64,000 bases of DNA, taken from Octopus vulgaris. Lineage: Eukaryota. The translations under genes and the position numbers were made by a program. Where the stretch lies: positions 136,462,001-136,526,000 of the forward strand of contig OX597814.1 in NCBI GenBank assembly GCA_951406725.2, written 5' to 3'. Under the pieces are notes generated by a model, which was not told the DNA's origin, did no database searches, and worked only from the letters and a program-made list of their open reading frames with translations. This document shows positions 24,443 to 38,428 of the stretch, piece by piece (positions within the stretch are counted from its first letter, which is position 1; every line of letters starts with the position of its first letter).

Positions 24443-27400
24443 TGTATGTATGTATGTATGTATGTGAGTGCGTATGTATGTACGTATGTATATGTATCTA
24501 TAAACCATTAGCACCAGTAGCATCAGCGGTAGCAATCTAAAATAAGTAGAAACATAATTAGATAAAAATTTTGCTATCACTTTTAAAAGGCTAGAAATAG
24601 AGTTGTGGGTATGGTGGTGGTGGTGATGATGGTGGTGGTGGTGGTGGTTAGGACAGAGATATTAGGTAGAATAGAAAGAGTGAGGAAATGAGAAAGATAA
24701 AACTTCTCTTAAGACATAAAAGCCAGCTGCGTTGCTTGGATTCTGCATGATTTTGTGGCGCTAAAATTCGAGCTATATTAAATTAAATACACATTAAAAT
24801 ATTTAACATAAAAAAAGTTTAAAAAATAAAAAAAAAAACAACAGTAAAAACTTGAAAGAATCACATCAAATTACATGTTAGATGTTTAAATGAGAAATGA
24901 AGACAACTTTCCAATTCACACTGCATTTGTAATATGGTTTAGTATTAAGTTACCAGTCGCCTGTAGCATTTAGAGGAAGGAAAACACATGATCCAACAGT
25001 CGTAGATAGGTTGGTAAAAACGTTATATGATAGCAGTATGTCTAAATTGTGAATAACTATCTAATGTGACTGTAATCTTCCGATTTTCTGATACATCAGT
25101 AAAATTATTCTGAGCTGGCTTTTCTAAGACAGCAAGTAGTCGCTCAACCTTCTAGAAACAGCAGCTAAATCTTATTCAAATTACATGCTTGTTTCAGCCA
25201 TAAGGTCGGCGTAATCTTCTATTGACTTCAAAAACTACTTGTTCTTGTCCGTTCAACTATTTTTGAAAACATTTCAGGCATTCATATTTTATTATTTACA
25301 GAATATTAGATTCCATCTGACCATTTTCGAGTTGGTTTTACTCCTTCCTGTCTATCAATCTGTCCATTATTTCAAGACAGTAATTTCTGTTCAAGATTGC
25401 CGTTTGCTCTTAAAATAAGGATATATAGATATATACTGTATCAAGACGTTAAAGGTAACCAACATGCTTAGTTAAACTAGCTTTATAGTAGACGCTCTTC
25501 TTTGAGCCAAGAACTAACAGAAAACCCCCAACGAGAAATTATGCCGAGTGAGAATATTCGGATTATTTTTCTTAGAAGACAAATAATCTACAAGACAAAC
25601 ATATTTTCAGACGGAGGCAATGACTGGTAACTTCTGAACAATGCTAAGAAATCGAATCATAAGCCCCATCCAACGATGATTAACCTTTTGCCTGTCCAAG
25701 ACATTTACATAATCTTGATCTCTACGTCAATGCTTTATTTTAGATTTTTACTTTAGCTCTTGTTTCATAAGTTCTGAGTAATATAAAGTTTTCCTTTTCT
25801 TAAGTCCCAAGTCACTCTAATGATTGAAAAAAATGGGTATGTGTATAATATATGATGCATGAACGTTAGAGAAATATACCATGTATATTATCGCGTAATA
25901 CACAGAAGAGACAGTGTTAAAATGAAAACTAAAAGCGGACATATTGGATATATTGTGTCTAAAAAAATTTTAAAAGCGAGATGGCATTCCTCTTATTATA
26001 GGTCTGCTGGGATTTGGGTTGACTTATGTGAAACAACAACGGCAACAACAATGATAACAACCCCAATGAAATGAGACTATCAAGGTATCGATCTACCCAA
26101 CTTTTTCACCATTCACGAAACTAGAATCGGTTACCCACCCATATATCAACGGTCACAGAAAGATAAGTTGATCATAGCAGGTCGGATACTATATGGAGTC
26201 ATGAATGCTTTTGTTGTTTATTTTTGGTGACAGCGGTGTCGCTATTTAGCTCCAAGCCAACCCTGACTGAGCAGAATTGTGTTCAACGACACTCTTTCCA
26301 TAACCACTCCGCCTTTCTATAGCGCATTGTATAAGTAGAATTACTTCTTTCGATAAGTATGTTCATTTCTTTCAAAAGACAGTAGGAGTGTAATTTAAGG
26401 AAGATTTAGTTGTTATTTCTAACTGATCAACGAACATGCAGATGCTCTCCCTATTTGTTTTTCCTTTTGAGTTTATGATTGCAGCATGGTATTAAGAGAG
26501 TGTTTATAAAGTCAATGTGTCACTCACGGATATACAAGTAGTTGAGAAAACTAAATTGTTCAGACATTATTTTGACACCTACAGTGAAATTACTCAATCG
26601 AATAGATGTCTCATTATTTTGTCTGCGGTGATCTTTATATTTCGCAAATTCTAATTGTTATGTCAAAATACATTTTGATTATATAATGTCATAAGTCGGT
26701 TGCTTGATATGGTTGACTCTCTCACCTCACTCGCCATATCTTCATTTTCTGGAAAAAGAAAATCCGTTTGTTGTTGGCGGTGATATTGTTGCTGTTGTTG
26801 TCGTCGTCGTCGCTATTGATGTGGTGGCGCTGATGGAGATGATGTTTTTCTTTGTTTTGTTCTTTTCGTTTTTTTGCTACGAGCTTCAGTCGCTACTTAG
26901 GGAGTTTTAGGGGATTACTATTATTTCCTCGTCACCAGAAATGTGAAACTAAATAATCTAAAAAAGCAAAAAAAAAACAAAAAAAAAACACGAAAAGGTT
27001 GATTATGATTCCTTTTATTGCCATCGAAGGAGACAGTTGAGAGATCGTTACGGACAAAGGCCTACTGGTTGACCGATCGGATCGCTCTATCCCCTGACAT
27101 CATCGTTTGTTCACAAACGCCTGCGATAAACTCAATCTTGATGATCATGTACTGACCCACAAGCAAGATCCCCACACTAAACATATTCAACCTCAGAAAA
27201 ATACGCGATGCCACAGTTTTTGTCACGTTTCTTGTTCTTCAGAAACTATGATGTTACTGGATGCAGCAGTCTCATATTTATGATTACTTTATTAAGGTAA
27301 AAACTTCTTGCCATGTTACATATATATGTGACAAACACAACACAAGGCACATAAAGCTATACATAATAGCATGTAGATTTTTGATGTTCCCTGGAAAGCT

Positions 27401-27545
27401 TATAAACTCTGAAGAGGTCAATAGAAAAATTAGTTAAGTAGAATGAGATTGAAAACGGAAACAAACTGTATACTGATGTTTTGATAATGATTAAAATGAT
27501 AGATAAATTCTTAAACCAAAATCCCAGGTCTTACACACATATATA

Positions 27546-28400
27546 CGAGGTGTATTTCAAAAGTTTTGGCACTTTTTTTAGGAAAATCAATAAATGTTCT
27601 AGACTATAGTAATTAGTATCGTTATTATACATCTAATAAGTTTACCTGCCTATTTTTGTTACTTGAAATTGAAGGAGACAGCTGTAACAGTATTTTGAAC
27701 ACACTCAACTAAACACTGCTTGTCAGAGCTGACTAGTTTCCAGAATGCTGTTGGGACATGAAGATAATTTGGAAGCTTGCTATGCCATTAAGTTTTGTGT
27801 TAAACTGGGCAAATATGCTACAGAAATTTATGAAATGCTCGAGACTCTTAATGGATTATGTTGTGTGAGGCGTGTGTTGGATTTTCGCTGGCAGAAAAGG
27901 CCAGGAAAAGCAAGTCCACTAGAAAGCACATGATGATCTCCCCTTTTGGACAGCAAGGGTATCATCTGCATCTACTGGATTCCCTCTAGCCAGAGGGTCA
28001 ACATAGAGTACTTTTCGGAGGTCTTGACAGAGTTCAAAAAGAGATTTAGTTGCAAAAGGCCAAAAGACCTGCACCATGACGGAACACCAGTCCACAATAT
28101 TCCATCTTGGTAACCAACTACTTAACAGAGTTGGGTACCAAACCGTCCCTCACCTTCTCAGAGCTTGCTCCTTGTGGCTTTTGGTAGTTCTCCAACATGA
28201 AGATGAAAGAGTATGTGACAAGGGTTCCGGACACCTTCACTTTGAAGGACTTCTATGGGGCTTTTACTAAGTAGCTAGAGCACTACTACAACTGCATTGA
28301 AGTCAGAAGATCCTATGTTGAAGGTGATTAGAGTTTTGTACTTTTCTGAAATTAATAAATGTCTCTCCTGAAAAAGTCTCGAAACTTCGGAAATGCACCA
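27546..28400 (+). mobile_element. Degenerate mariner transposon
   Basis: TA-CGAGGTGTATTTCAAAAGTT start with a decayed inverted end near 28370-28400. Translates ACYAIKFCVKLGKYATEIYEML, DSKGII, LHHDGTP and TVPH. Confidence 0.75.
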
Positions 28401-28709
28401 TTGCGCAACATACAGATTATAGCATATCTAGACACAACGAATATATAACATAACGTACATTCATTACAATAGGAATACACAAAACAGTACATAGCAAGTT
28501 CACACAAATCACTAAGCTATGCACAAAGTTACAGTAAAAGCATGTGATAAAAATATGACATAAAGTGATAATAATAAATTCCTTATGGACTACAAAGACA
28601 GCGGATGACGGACAGCACGTAAAAAACACACAAACACACAAAAGTAAGAAAGAACATGATCTGTCCCGAATTCTAAGACTCATAGGGCGGTTACCCGGTT
28701 TTTTGGAGG

Positions 28710-28960
28710 GGCATTGCTTAGTGGTTAGGGTGTTGGACTTATGGTCGTAAGGTTGTAGTTTCGATTCTTGGACCGGGTGACGCGTTGTGTTCTTGAGCAA
28801 AATACTTCATTTCACGTTGTCCAGTCCACTCAGCTGGCAAAAATGAGTAATCTTGGGACAGGTCGGCGTCGCGTCCAAGTGGAAATATATGCAATGAGAC
28901 CAGGAAACCGGCCCTTATGAGTCGGTATGACACGAAAAGGTAACAGCCTTTTACCTTTTT
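28710..28960 (+). mobile_element. tRNA-derived SINE, family C
   Basis: TGCTTAGTGGTTAGGGTG A-box region, GTTTCGATTC B-box, GTGTTCTTGAGCAAAATACTTC, TCCACTCAGCTG..AAATGAGTAA. Confidence 0.75.
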
Positions 28961-28964
28961 ATAC

Positions 28965-29146
28965 CTGAGCGAGACCATAACAGTTCATCCTGAAAGGGAT
29001 GCCAGTTCGTCGAAGGGTTACCCATTTACGGCTGAGTGGACTGGGTGGGGTAAAATGAAGTATTGTGATAAAGAAAACAACGCATTGCCCGGTAGGGGAA
29101 TCGAAGCCACGATCCCAAGATTGTGAGTGCTGCACCTTAACCACTA
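28965..29146 (-). mobile_element. SINE family C, inverted copy tail-to-tail with the previous one
   Basis: TTACCCATTTACGGCTGAGTGGACTGG...GGAATCGAAGCC...CTTAACCACTA is the reverse complement of the family C body and head. Confidence 0.7.
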
Positions 29147-29215
29147 TTATTTCGCAGAAATAATAAATCGATATTTCTTAAGTAATTTCCTTTACTGATA
29201 TTAGTTTCAAATTAA

Positions 29216-29785
29216 GGCGGCGAGCTGGCAGAATCGTTAGCATGACGGGCGAAATGCTCAGCGGTATTTCGTCTGCCGCTACATTCTGAGTTAAAATTCC
29301 GCCGAGGTCGACTTTACCTTTCATCCTTTCGGGGTCGATTAAATAAGTACCAGTTACGCACTGGGGTCGATATAATCGACTTAATCCGTTTGTCTGTCCT
29401 TGTTTGTCCTCTTTGTGTTTAGCCCCTTGTGGGTAAAGAAATGGGTATTTCGTCTGCCGCTGCGTTCTGAGTTCAAATTCCGCCGAGGTCGACTTTGCCT
29501 TTCATCCTTTCGGGGTCGATAAATTAAGTACCAGTTACGCACTGGGGTCAATGTAATCGACTTAATATCTTTGTCCGTCCCTGTTTGTCCCCTCTATGTT
29601 TGGCCCCTTGTGGGTAATAAAGAAATAGGTATTTCATCTGGTGCTACGTTCTGAGTTCAAATTCCGCCGGGGTCGACTTTACCTTTCATCATCGATAAAT
29701 TAAGTACCAGTCACGTACTGGAGTCGATCTAATCGACTGGCCCCCTCCCCCAAAATTTCAGGTCTTGTGCCTATAGTAGAAAGGA
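29216..29785 (+). mobile_element. SINE family A with three tandem body units
   Basis: One head followed by three approximately 180-bp units, each starting GGTATTTC(G/A)TCTG and containing GAGTT(C/A)AAATTCCGCCG(A/G)GGTCGACTTT...AAGTACCAGT. Confidence 0.9.
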
Positions 29786-29789
29786 TATT

Positions 29790-30418
29790 AGATTCAAATT
29801 TTAGCACAATGCCAACTGTTTCGGCCGAGTTGGGTGGGTAAATCGAATACATCGATGTTAGAGTTTAAATGGTTCTTAGTTTATCGACCCCGAAAGGACA
29901 AAATGCAAAGTCGATCTCGGTGGAATTTGAACTCAGGCAGTAATGACGGGCGAAATACTACAAAGCACTTTGCTTAGAATTGTTTGACGTGCTAACCATT
30001 CTGCCAGCTCGCCGGTTTGATTTTGTTTACAGATATTACATTAAGACCTAGGTGTATATACATGAAAAAATATATAAGGAAATTAATAAATAAAATCAAT
30101 GTATCGTTAAAATATATGTTGTCTTTAATAGTCTTACAAAAGGAAGGAGATTTCTGCTCTGCTATAGGTATGCAGAAAATAAATATCGAGCCTATATACG
30201 TTTCTTTATTACCCACATAGAGGAGACAAACAAGGACAGACAAACGGATTAAGTCGATTACATCGACCCCAGTGTATAACTGGTACTTAATTTATCGACC
30301 CCAAAAGGATGAAAGTCAAAGTCGACCTCGGCGGAATTTGAACTCAGAACGTAACGAAAGACGAAATACTGCTACGTATTTCGCCCGGCGTGCTAACGGT
30401 TCTTCTAGCTCGCCGCCG
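29790..30418 (-). mobile_element. Two SINE family A copies on the minus strand (29790-30015, 30215-30418)
   Basis: Both show AAAGTCGA(T/C)CTCGG(T/C)GGAATTTGAACTCAG...GCTAAC..TTCT..AGCTCGCCG. Confidence 0.85.
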
Positions 30419-30972
30419 TCGTCGAGCCTATATAATATATAAGTGGGGAACCTATCGTTATATTCATCATAGTGTATCAATTAAAATGTTTCTGGTGAAT
30501 CTGTAAACTTAGAGATGTATGACAGGAGAAATAAATTGGCGAACAGCCTGTAGCACAAAGGTGATATATCTGGTTCACTGTCTTTCTCTCCCCATTCTCC
30601 CTTTGTCTCTCTCTCTCTATCCGTTTCTCCCTCTTTCTCTCCCTCTCACTCTCACTCTCTCTCTCACACTCTATCCCTCTCACTCTATCTCTCACTCTCT
30701 CTCCCTGCTTTTCTCTCTCTCTCTCTCCCTCTCTCTCTGTGGTGAGATACGTTCTTTCTCAAGTAACACAAATCATCTGATGACGTCGAAGACAAAAATT
30801 TCACACGCACACTATCTCTTTGATCTTTTTTTTTGTTTCAGGCTACTACGTATGTTTATGTGAATGTGTGCGTGCGCGCACGCGTGCGAGTGTGTCTATA
30901 GTTTTTTTTTATCGCTCTGTGTATATATATCTGACTGTGTATAAGTATACATATATAGATATTTGTGACAGT

Positions 30973-31027
<55 letters not shown>

Positions 31028-31332
31028 GTGTGTGTATACATGCCTATATACATACACATACGAATAATATGCATATCTAACCCTATATGTACATATACAC
31101 ACACAAACTTACATTCGTTGCTATTATGTTCAACTGTTGTATGTCCAAATTTGGCCAAATGCGTTTTATTTTTCAATATTTAATTTTGCTTCCAATAGCC
31201 GGTTCTTTTGGTCAAACTCTCATATCTCCAGCTGCTTCAGATGCCAATATATCAAAAATTGTCTAAGTGTAGTGCAACGGTTTTACTATGGAATGGTGAA
31301 ACTATTTTTTCGTTTTCTGGACTTAAGACACT

Positions 31333-31592
31333 TTTGCTTAACCATTTTCTCACACCGTCTCCGATGAAGGGATATAAAAAATATCCGGGAAACATTCTAT
31401 TTATAAATGTTCTAAAATCTTCACAGCCTTAGATTTTTTTTATCTCGTTCTGAAAAATTGTTTTTTTATATATACACATGTTGAACTCCTTATTCGCATA
31501 ATCACCGAACCTGGAGGTTGACTATGGTCTGTCCATAGCACTTACTCAGCATTACCTGACACCTTTGGATCTTATTGACACCGTTACCTCTC
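31333..31592 (+). mobile_element. Second copy of the 10130 Penelope-like repeat, hammerhead cleavage site deleted
   Basis: CCGTCTCCGATGAAGGGATAT...GGAAACA then TTCTATT; the GCTGTAAGACC segment present at 10189-10199 is missing. Confidence 0.75.
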
Positions 31593-32525
<933 letters not shown>

Positions 32526-32928
32526 ATCTGAAGCGATGCAGCATTCTCTTTTCTTACTAGAAAAACAAAGCATCAGTTCGCAGGACTGGCACCAGTCCTG
32601 CTTCTCTTCAGTCCAAAGGCTTGAACAAAGTCCATTCCAACATCGGGATCAACATTGTGCAAGCATGGAGGCACGCTGCTCTTCTAAATGGAGACTTCTC
32701 CTGTCATTGTGGTTTTGTGGGACGAAGCAAAGCAGGCCTTGCTGCCCACTCAAGAAAACACATAGTAAATGATCCATAAGCATTCGACCAAACTCAGTCC
32801 TAAACTTGATCCATTTGCCAAAAGGTTTGCAAGGCACCAGCAGGCCTCAAGAGACACATTCGTGTCCATAGAACACGATTAACGCTTTATTTTATTGAAC
32901 CCTCATTTTTTGTTGACGACAAGAGAAT

Positions 32929-32964
<36 letters not shown>

Positions 32965-33153
32965 GCAATGATGCAGCACGGAATTTTGTCAGTGAACAGG
33001 TCACGGTCTCAAAGCGACGAGAATATTTTGGCAAATTAAATTTAAATGTTGAAGTGAATCTAACGGTTTTTGTATGTTTCTTAAATGGCTTATAAACACC
33101 TTCCACGCTGCACACGACATCAGATCAGGTCACTTGCTACGCAAGTACATCTC

Positions 33154-33244
<91 letters not shown>

Positions 33245-33254
33245 TATCATTATA

Positions 33255-33415
33255 CGACGGGCTTCCTTTCAGTTTCCGTCTACCAAATCTACTTACAAGG
33301 CTTTGGTCGGCCCGTAGCTATTAGTAGAACACACTGCCCAAGTTGCCACGCAATGTGGGACTGATCCCGGAAACATATGGTTTTGAAGACAACTTCTTAT
33401 CATACAGCCGTTCCT
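33255..33415 (-). mobile_element. SINE family B, 5' part
   Basis: ACGACGGGCTTCCTTTCAGTTTCCGTCTACCAAATC...GTGGGACTGATCCCGGAAAC. Confidence 0.8.
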
Positions 33416-33974
33416 GTATGTATGTACGTATGTATGTATGCATGTATTTATGTATCTTTTATGTATGCATGTATGTATATATATTTTGAATGGATCCCGG
33501 TTAGAATTTTCTACAATGAATTTTCAGTTGTTTGCTCAACAGAAGAAAATTCAAATAGAATTATCGTGTAAGTGGTTGAGTATTCCAGAGATATACAACA
33601 TGACTTTAACAAAACTCTAATGTGGAATCAGTGCAACATTCTGTGACAAGACGGGAATACAGAATTACAGTACAAGCCATTCGATAAGCTTCTAAATAAA
33701 ATTCCCATAAATAATTTCATTCGTAGAATAATAATTGACCCGAGGGTAAAGATAATTATATCAGCCAAAAGAGCAATATATTTAGGATCTAAGAAAGGCG
33801 GTGCCGTTTATGTTAGTGGTGCTTTGAATCCCATAGCCTAAAGAATCAACTAGTACAACTGATAAACTGGAAGCACTGGGATCAATTTTATCGATTAAAA
33901 CAAAAAAAGCGCCCTAGTATAGCAGCAGTCGAAACGAAGAAAAAGTTGAAAGAAATGGATATATAATATGAACG

Positions 33975-34057
<83 letters not shown>

Positions 34058-34316
34058 GTAACAGCGAAACCTCATGACAGCGACACGAACTTCTTAATTG
34101 TTAGGCATGCTTAATCTATGCACACAAGCTCTTTCTCTCTCTCTTTCTCGCTCTCTCACTCTCTCTTTCTCTCTCTCTCACTACCTCTCTCTCTTTCTCT
34201 CTCTCTCACTATCTCTCTCTCTTTCTCTCTCACTATCTCTCTCCTCCTGTCAACGCGCGCGCGCAAACACATACACACACACACACACACACGAATGCAC
34301 GCGCACTAGATAGATT

Positions 34317-34377
<61 letters not shown>

Positions 34378-34390
34378 GTAGGTAGGTAGG

Positions 34391-34459
<69 letters not shown>

Positions 34460-35118
34460 TGACACACAGACACATACACACACGTAGAAACGCATACGTA
34501 ATTAGAAGAAAAATTAGGTACAGATAACAGGTAAAGCACGCAGGATATGAATATTTTCTTGTTTCGTTTTCACATTTCAGTTTCCAATTTATTTCAAATT
34601 TTGTGTATTGATGTAGTTTTGTTTACTAATTACGGAAAGGAAATTTGCCTTAAATTAATAAATAAAAAGTTAATAGCTTTTAAAGTTTGCAAAATTTGGG
34701 TAGTTTTAGGTAATCGAAAGCCACAGACATACAGGTGCCTTTTTCCATACTAACAAACCAAGCTGTTGTGTATTCTGCTAACTCAGTTGTTGCCATCAGG
34801 TGTAACAATTCGTTTTTGATGGAGAAATTGAAAACCAAGGACGATACGGTTGATTGGGCTGACCTATGGTCAAAACGAGCATTCTAATGATGAATGCCCG
34901 ACAGTTTTAGAGTCAACTGCAACTACCATAATCTAGTATGTCCTTTCTCATTTAGACGTTGAGTGTTCTTTGAAAGGAGATTTGCTTGCCTTTTCTAGCA
35001 GGTCGATCGTTACATGAACTGAACTCAGTTTATTTGTGTTTTGGTTTCGTAATATAACATTCAGTTTCAGCTCTTTTCTTTTTTTTTTTCCTGATAATTT
35101 TTCGCATTTTTCGTGTGA

Positions 35119-35489
35119 ACCGTCCTTGAGGTAAAAATTCCCATTTTTGAAGCACGAAAACCAACGGCGGTCGGTATTTTGAGGTATTGCTCCTTCTCCA
35201 TAAACAGCATAAATCTCATGAGCAGCTTCAGCGGGCTTAACACCTCGATTAAATGCAAAAAGCAAATGATGTCGAAAATGCTAACTTTTGTCCAATTGAC
35301 ATTTCATTTAACTGATCTGAAAATACACAAAAATCAATAAAATAGAAACGAACAAACAAATAGATATGAACACTTACACACGCACACACACGCATTAACA
35401 AACACAAACATGCATATATTAACACACACACACATACATATGCATACATAAAAACATGATATGCTACTGAAGAATTTTCGTTTCTCAAA
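35119..35489 (-). mobile_element. Mariner 5' fragment plus flank; inverted duplicate of 37560-37929
   Basis: LLFAFNRGVKPAEAAHEIYAVYGEGAIPQNTDRRWFSCFKNGNFYLKD (mariner HTH). It is a near-identical reverse complement of 37560-37929. Confidence 0.88.
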
Positions 35490-36488
35490 TGCCTATTCAA
35501 ACATTTCACATGACTTTGTTTATTAAAACTTATTAAAACTTCCGTCGATGAATGTTTTGTTGTCGTCATGTTGTCATCAGGCACACAATGCCAGCTTTCA
35601 AATCCTGTGTTCTGATTGGGTCAAAATGATCAAAGTACATTCTGTAACATTCTTCTAAACTTTTTCTGGAACAAGTGAATAACAACATCAGAATCAGCGA
35701 GTACAATTACGTCAATATACCAGATTTTAAATTTTTCAGTTAATTTTCAAATTTCAAACTGTGAACCCAAACATAAGAAATCCCAAGATACATACAAGAT
35801 CGCCAAACTTTTTCATCAGCTGTTGAGTGTCAAATTAATTTCGACGCATTTATCAACAGAATTACACTCTCGCTTCAGCGTACTCGAGTTTGGCGTCAAA
35901 ATTAAACGAAGAATCACCTTTTGAAACTAAAAGGAGTAACAGGATAATGTTACGAAAGTTATTAAACAGCGAGGTTTTTGAATGAGAGAAAACAAAAGTA
36001 ATAAGTTGAAGACGACTGTGTCAAGTGTAACGCCACCAGGAAATACGCGAGTAGTTTGGATTAGCCCTTGAGCCAAGAGAGAGACAAAGGACGAAGAAGT
36101 AACTGGTTAGTCGGAAGCCAGGTATAAGTAAGAAAAAAAAAAAGGGAGAATCATGGAATATATAGAGTTTGAGGGAAGCTTAGAACCGAATAGAGAAACC
36201 GAAGAATAAGAGTACAGACTAGAATGAGAAAGAGAGGTGGAGAAAAGAGGAGGAAAAATTTCTTAATAAACATGTACAAATGATTGACTTATATTGATCA
36301 AATGTTTTTACTGTACATTGTCTCATTCCCACCATCAAATCGATATTGCCTGTACAGGTGCACGATGTACCACACGTCAGATGTCGAAGCGGTCGCAGAG
36401 CAACGTGAGACGAAGTGTTTCGCTCGAGAAGGAAGGACAAAAAAAAAAAAGGAAAAACGACGCTGTGACTCAGTTACATATCGTATAC

Positions 36489-36571
36489 TTAAGCTTCAAG
36501 TTGACTTGTGCTTCATGAATGCAATTTGAAATAAATTGCATTCATGAAGCACAAGTCAACTTCAAGCTTAA
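36489..36571. repeat. Near-perfect hairpin, 39-bp arms and 5-nt loop
   Basis: TTAAGCTTCAAGTTGACTTGTGCTTCATGAATGCAATTT-GAAAT-AAATTGCATTCATGAAGCACAAGTCAACTTCAAGCTTAA, with one mismatch. Confidence 0.95.
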
Positions 36572-36658
36572 TTTCACGAGCAGGCTGTTCCGTTGATCGG
36601 ATCAACTGGAACCCTCATCTTCGTAACCAACGGAGTGCCACAATTTTATATAACATAC

Positions 36659-36701
<43 letters not shown>

Positions 36702-37170
36702 CATATGTGTGTGTGTAACATATATATATATATATATATATATAACATACATATATATAGATAGATAGGTGCATGAAAACATATATACATGCATACATAC
36801 GTACGTACGCGCATACATAGATACGTTAAAAAAAAATCAGAAAAAAATATAAAAAAACGCACATATGTAGTTATATGTACACACGTGATCAGTGTTGTGC
36901 TCCACTGTCTTTAGTGCTAAGTGGATGTGTGACAATTATAACCCTTCAGGGTGGAACGCTAATCTATCACTGATAGTAACCTCAGAAGTTTTGCAACCAA
37001 ATATCTAGCCAGCTAATGCGAATCAAGTGTCTTCCCCAGCGAGATAATTCAATGCCAATAAAGAAACACGAGACCATCATCCATTTGCCGGTAGTTTGAT
37101 ACCTGTTGGCCACACCCTAGTGCCCACAATGATGTACACGTATAGATATATTGGCACACATGCACACACA

Positions 37171-37229
<59 letters not shown>

Positions 37230-37719
37230 ACAAACACATACATAATAAACATATATGAGTACAAGCGTATAGATCTGTGTGCATAGCTCTTCTACCTATC
37301 TATCTATCTGTCTGTCCACTGTCTGTCTGTCTGTCTCACGCTCTCTCTCTCTCTCTCTGTGCCTATCTATCAATCCATCTATCTATCTGCCTGTCTGTAT
37401 AAATGTCTACACAAACACACAGATATGCATATATGTTGGGGTGTGGGTATTGGTTTGTAATTAACATGCTCCTTCGTAACCACCTGTCTCTAGGTTCGAT
37501 CCCACTGCACTGTACCTCTTCCACTATAACCTAAAGTTAATGAATACTTTGTGCGTGGTTTTGAGAAACGAAAATTCTTCAGTAGCATATCATGTTTTTA
37601 TGTATGCATACGTATGTGTGTGTGTGTTAATATATGCATGTTTGTGTTTGTTAATGCGTGTGTGTGCATGTGTAAGTGTTCATATCTATTTGTTTGTTCG
37701 TATCTATTTTATTGATTTT

Positions 37720-38428
37720 TGTGTATTTTCAGATCAGTTAAATGGAATATCAATTGGACAAAAGTTAGCATTTTCGACATCATTTGCTTTTTGCATTTAA
37801 TCGAGGTGTTAAGCCCGCTGAAGCTGCTCATGAGATTTGTGCTGTGTATGGAGAAGGAGCAATACCTCAAAGCACCGACCGCCGTTGGTTTTCGTGCTTC
37901 AAAAATGGGAATTTTTACCTCAAGGACGGATCACACACCTGACGAACAATTGTGTTCGATGGAGAGCGATTCAATCAACTTCTTCACGAAAATCCACGTC
38001 AAACGACCAGAGATTTGGTGGAGTAGATGAAGTGAATAAAATAATTGTGCTGAACCACCTTCACTCAATGGACAAAGTTCATCGAACGCAATTGGTCGAC
38101 TGGTGTGTAATGCGTCTTTGAGGACAAAATTCCCATTTTTGAAGCGCGAAAACCAACAGCGGAGGGTACTTTGAGGTATTGCTCCTTCTCCATACACAGC
38201 ACAAATCTCACGAGGAGCTTCGGCGGGCTTAACACCTCGATTAAAAGCAAAAATCAAATGGTGTCGAAAATGCTAAGTTTTGTCCACTTGACATTCCATT
38301 TTAAAGATCTGAAAATACACAAAATTAAAAGATCAAAACACAGTGTTGCCTATACAGTTTATTTCTGCGTGCATTTTTAAATTTGAAAAAAAAAAAAAAA
38401 CGCCCATGAATTACTCCTCAACCCAGTG
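37720..38428. mobile_element. Fold-back mariner derivative made of two 5' fragments tail-to-tail
   Basis: Plus copy 37720-38080 and minus copy 38080-38330 both encode FAFNRGVKPAEA..EICAVYGEGAIPQST...WFS.FKNGNF.LKD. A TIR-like end CTCCTCAACCCAGTG-TA lies near 38425. Confidence 0.82.

Noticed and set aside
27405-27475. CTGAAGA-GGTC...GATT-GAAA
   Set aside because: No stem I or valid stem III; likely a chance match.
28710-28790. tRNA gene
   Set aside because: Only A/B-box similarity; it continues into a SINE body and does not form a full cloverleaf. The same applies to the family A and B heads.
29216-29785. Regularly spaced repeats as a possible CRISPR-like array
   Set aside because: Whole approximately 180-bp units repeat with no unique spacers; this is a SINE multimer in a eukaryotic genome.
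32560-32840. Possible Tc1 transposase fragment on the minus strand (GQQGLLCFVPQN)
   Set aside because: Similarity is too weak to call without a search, and there are no TIRs.
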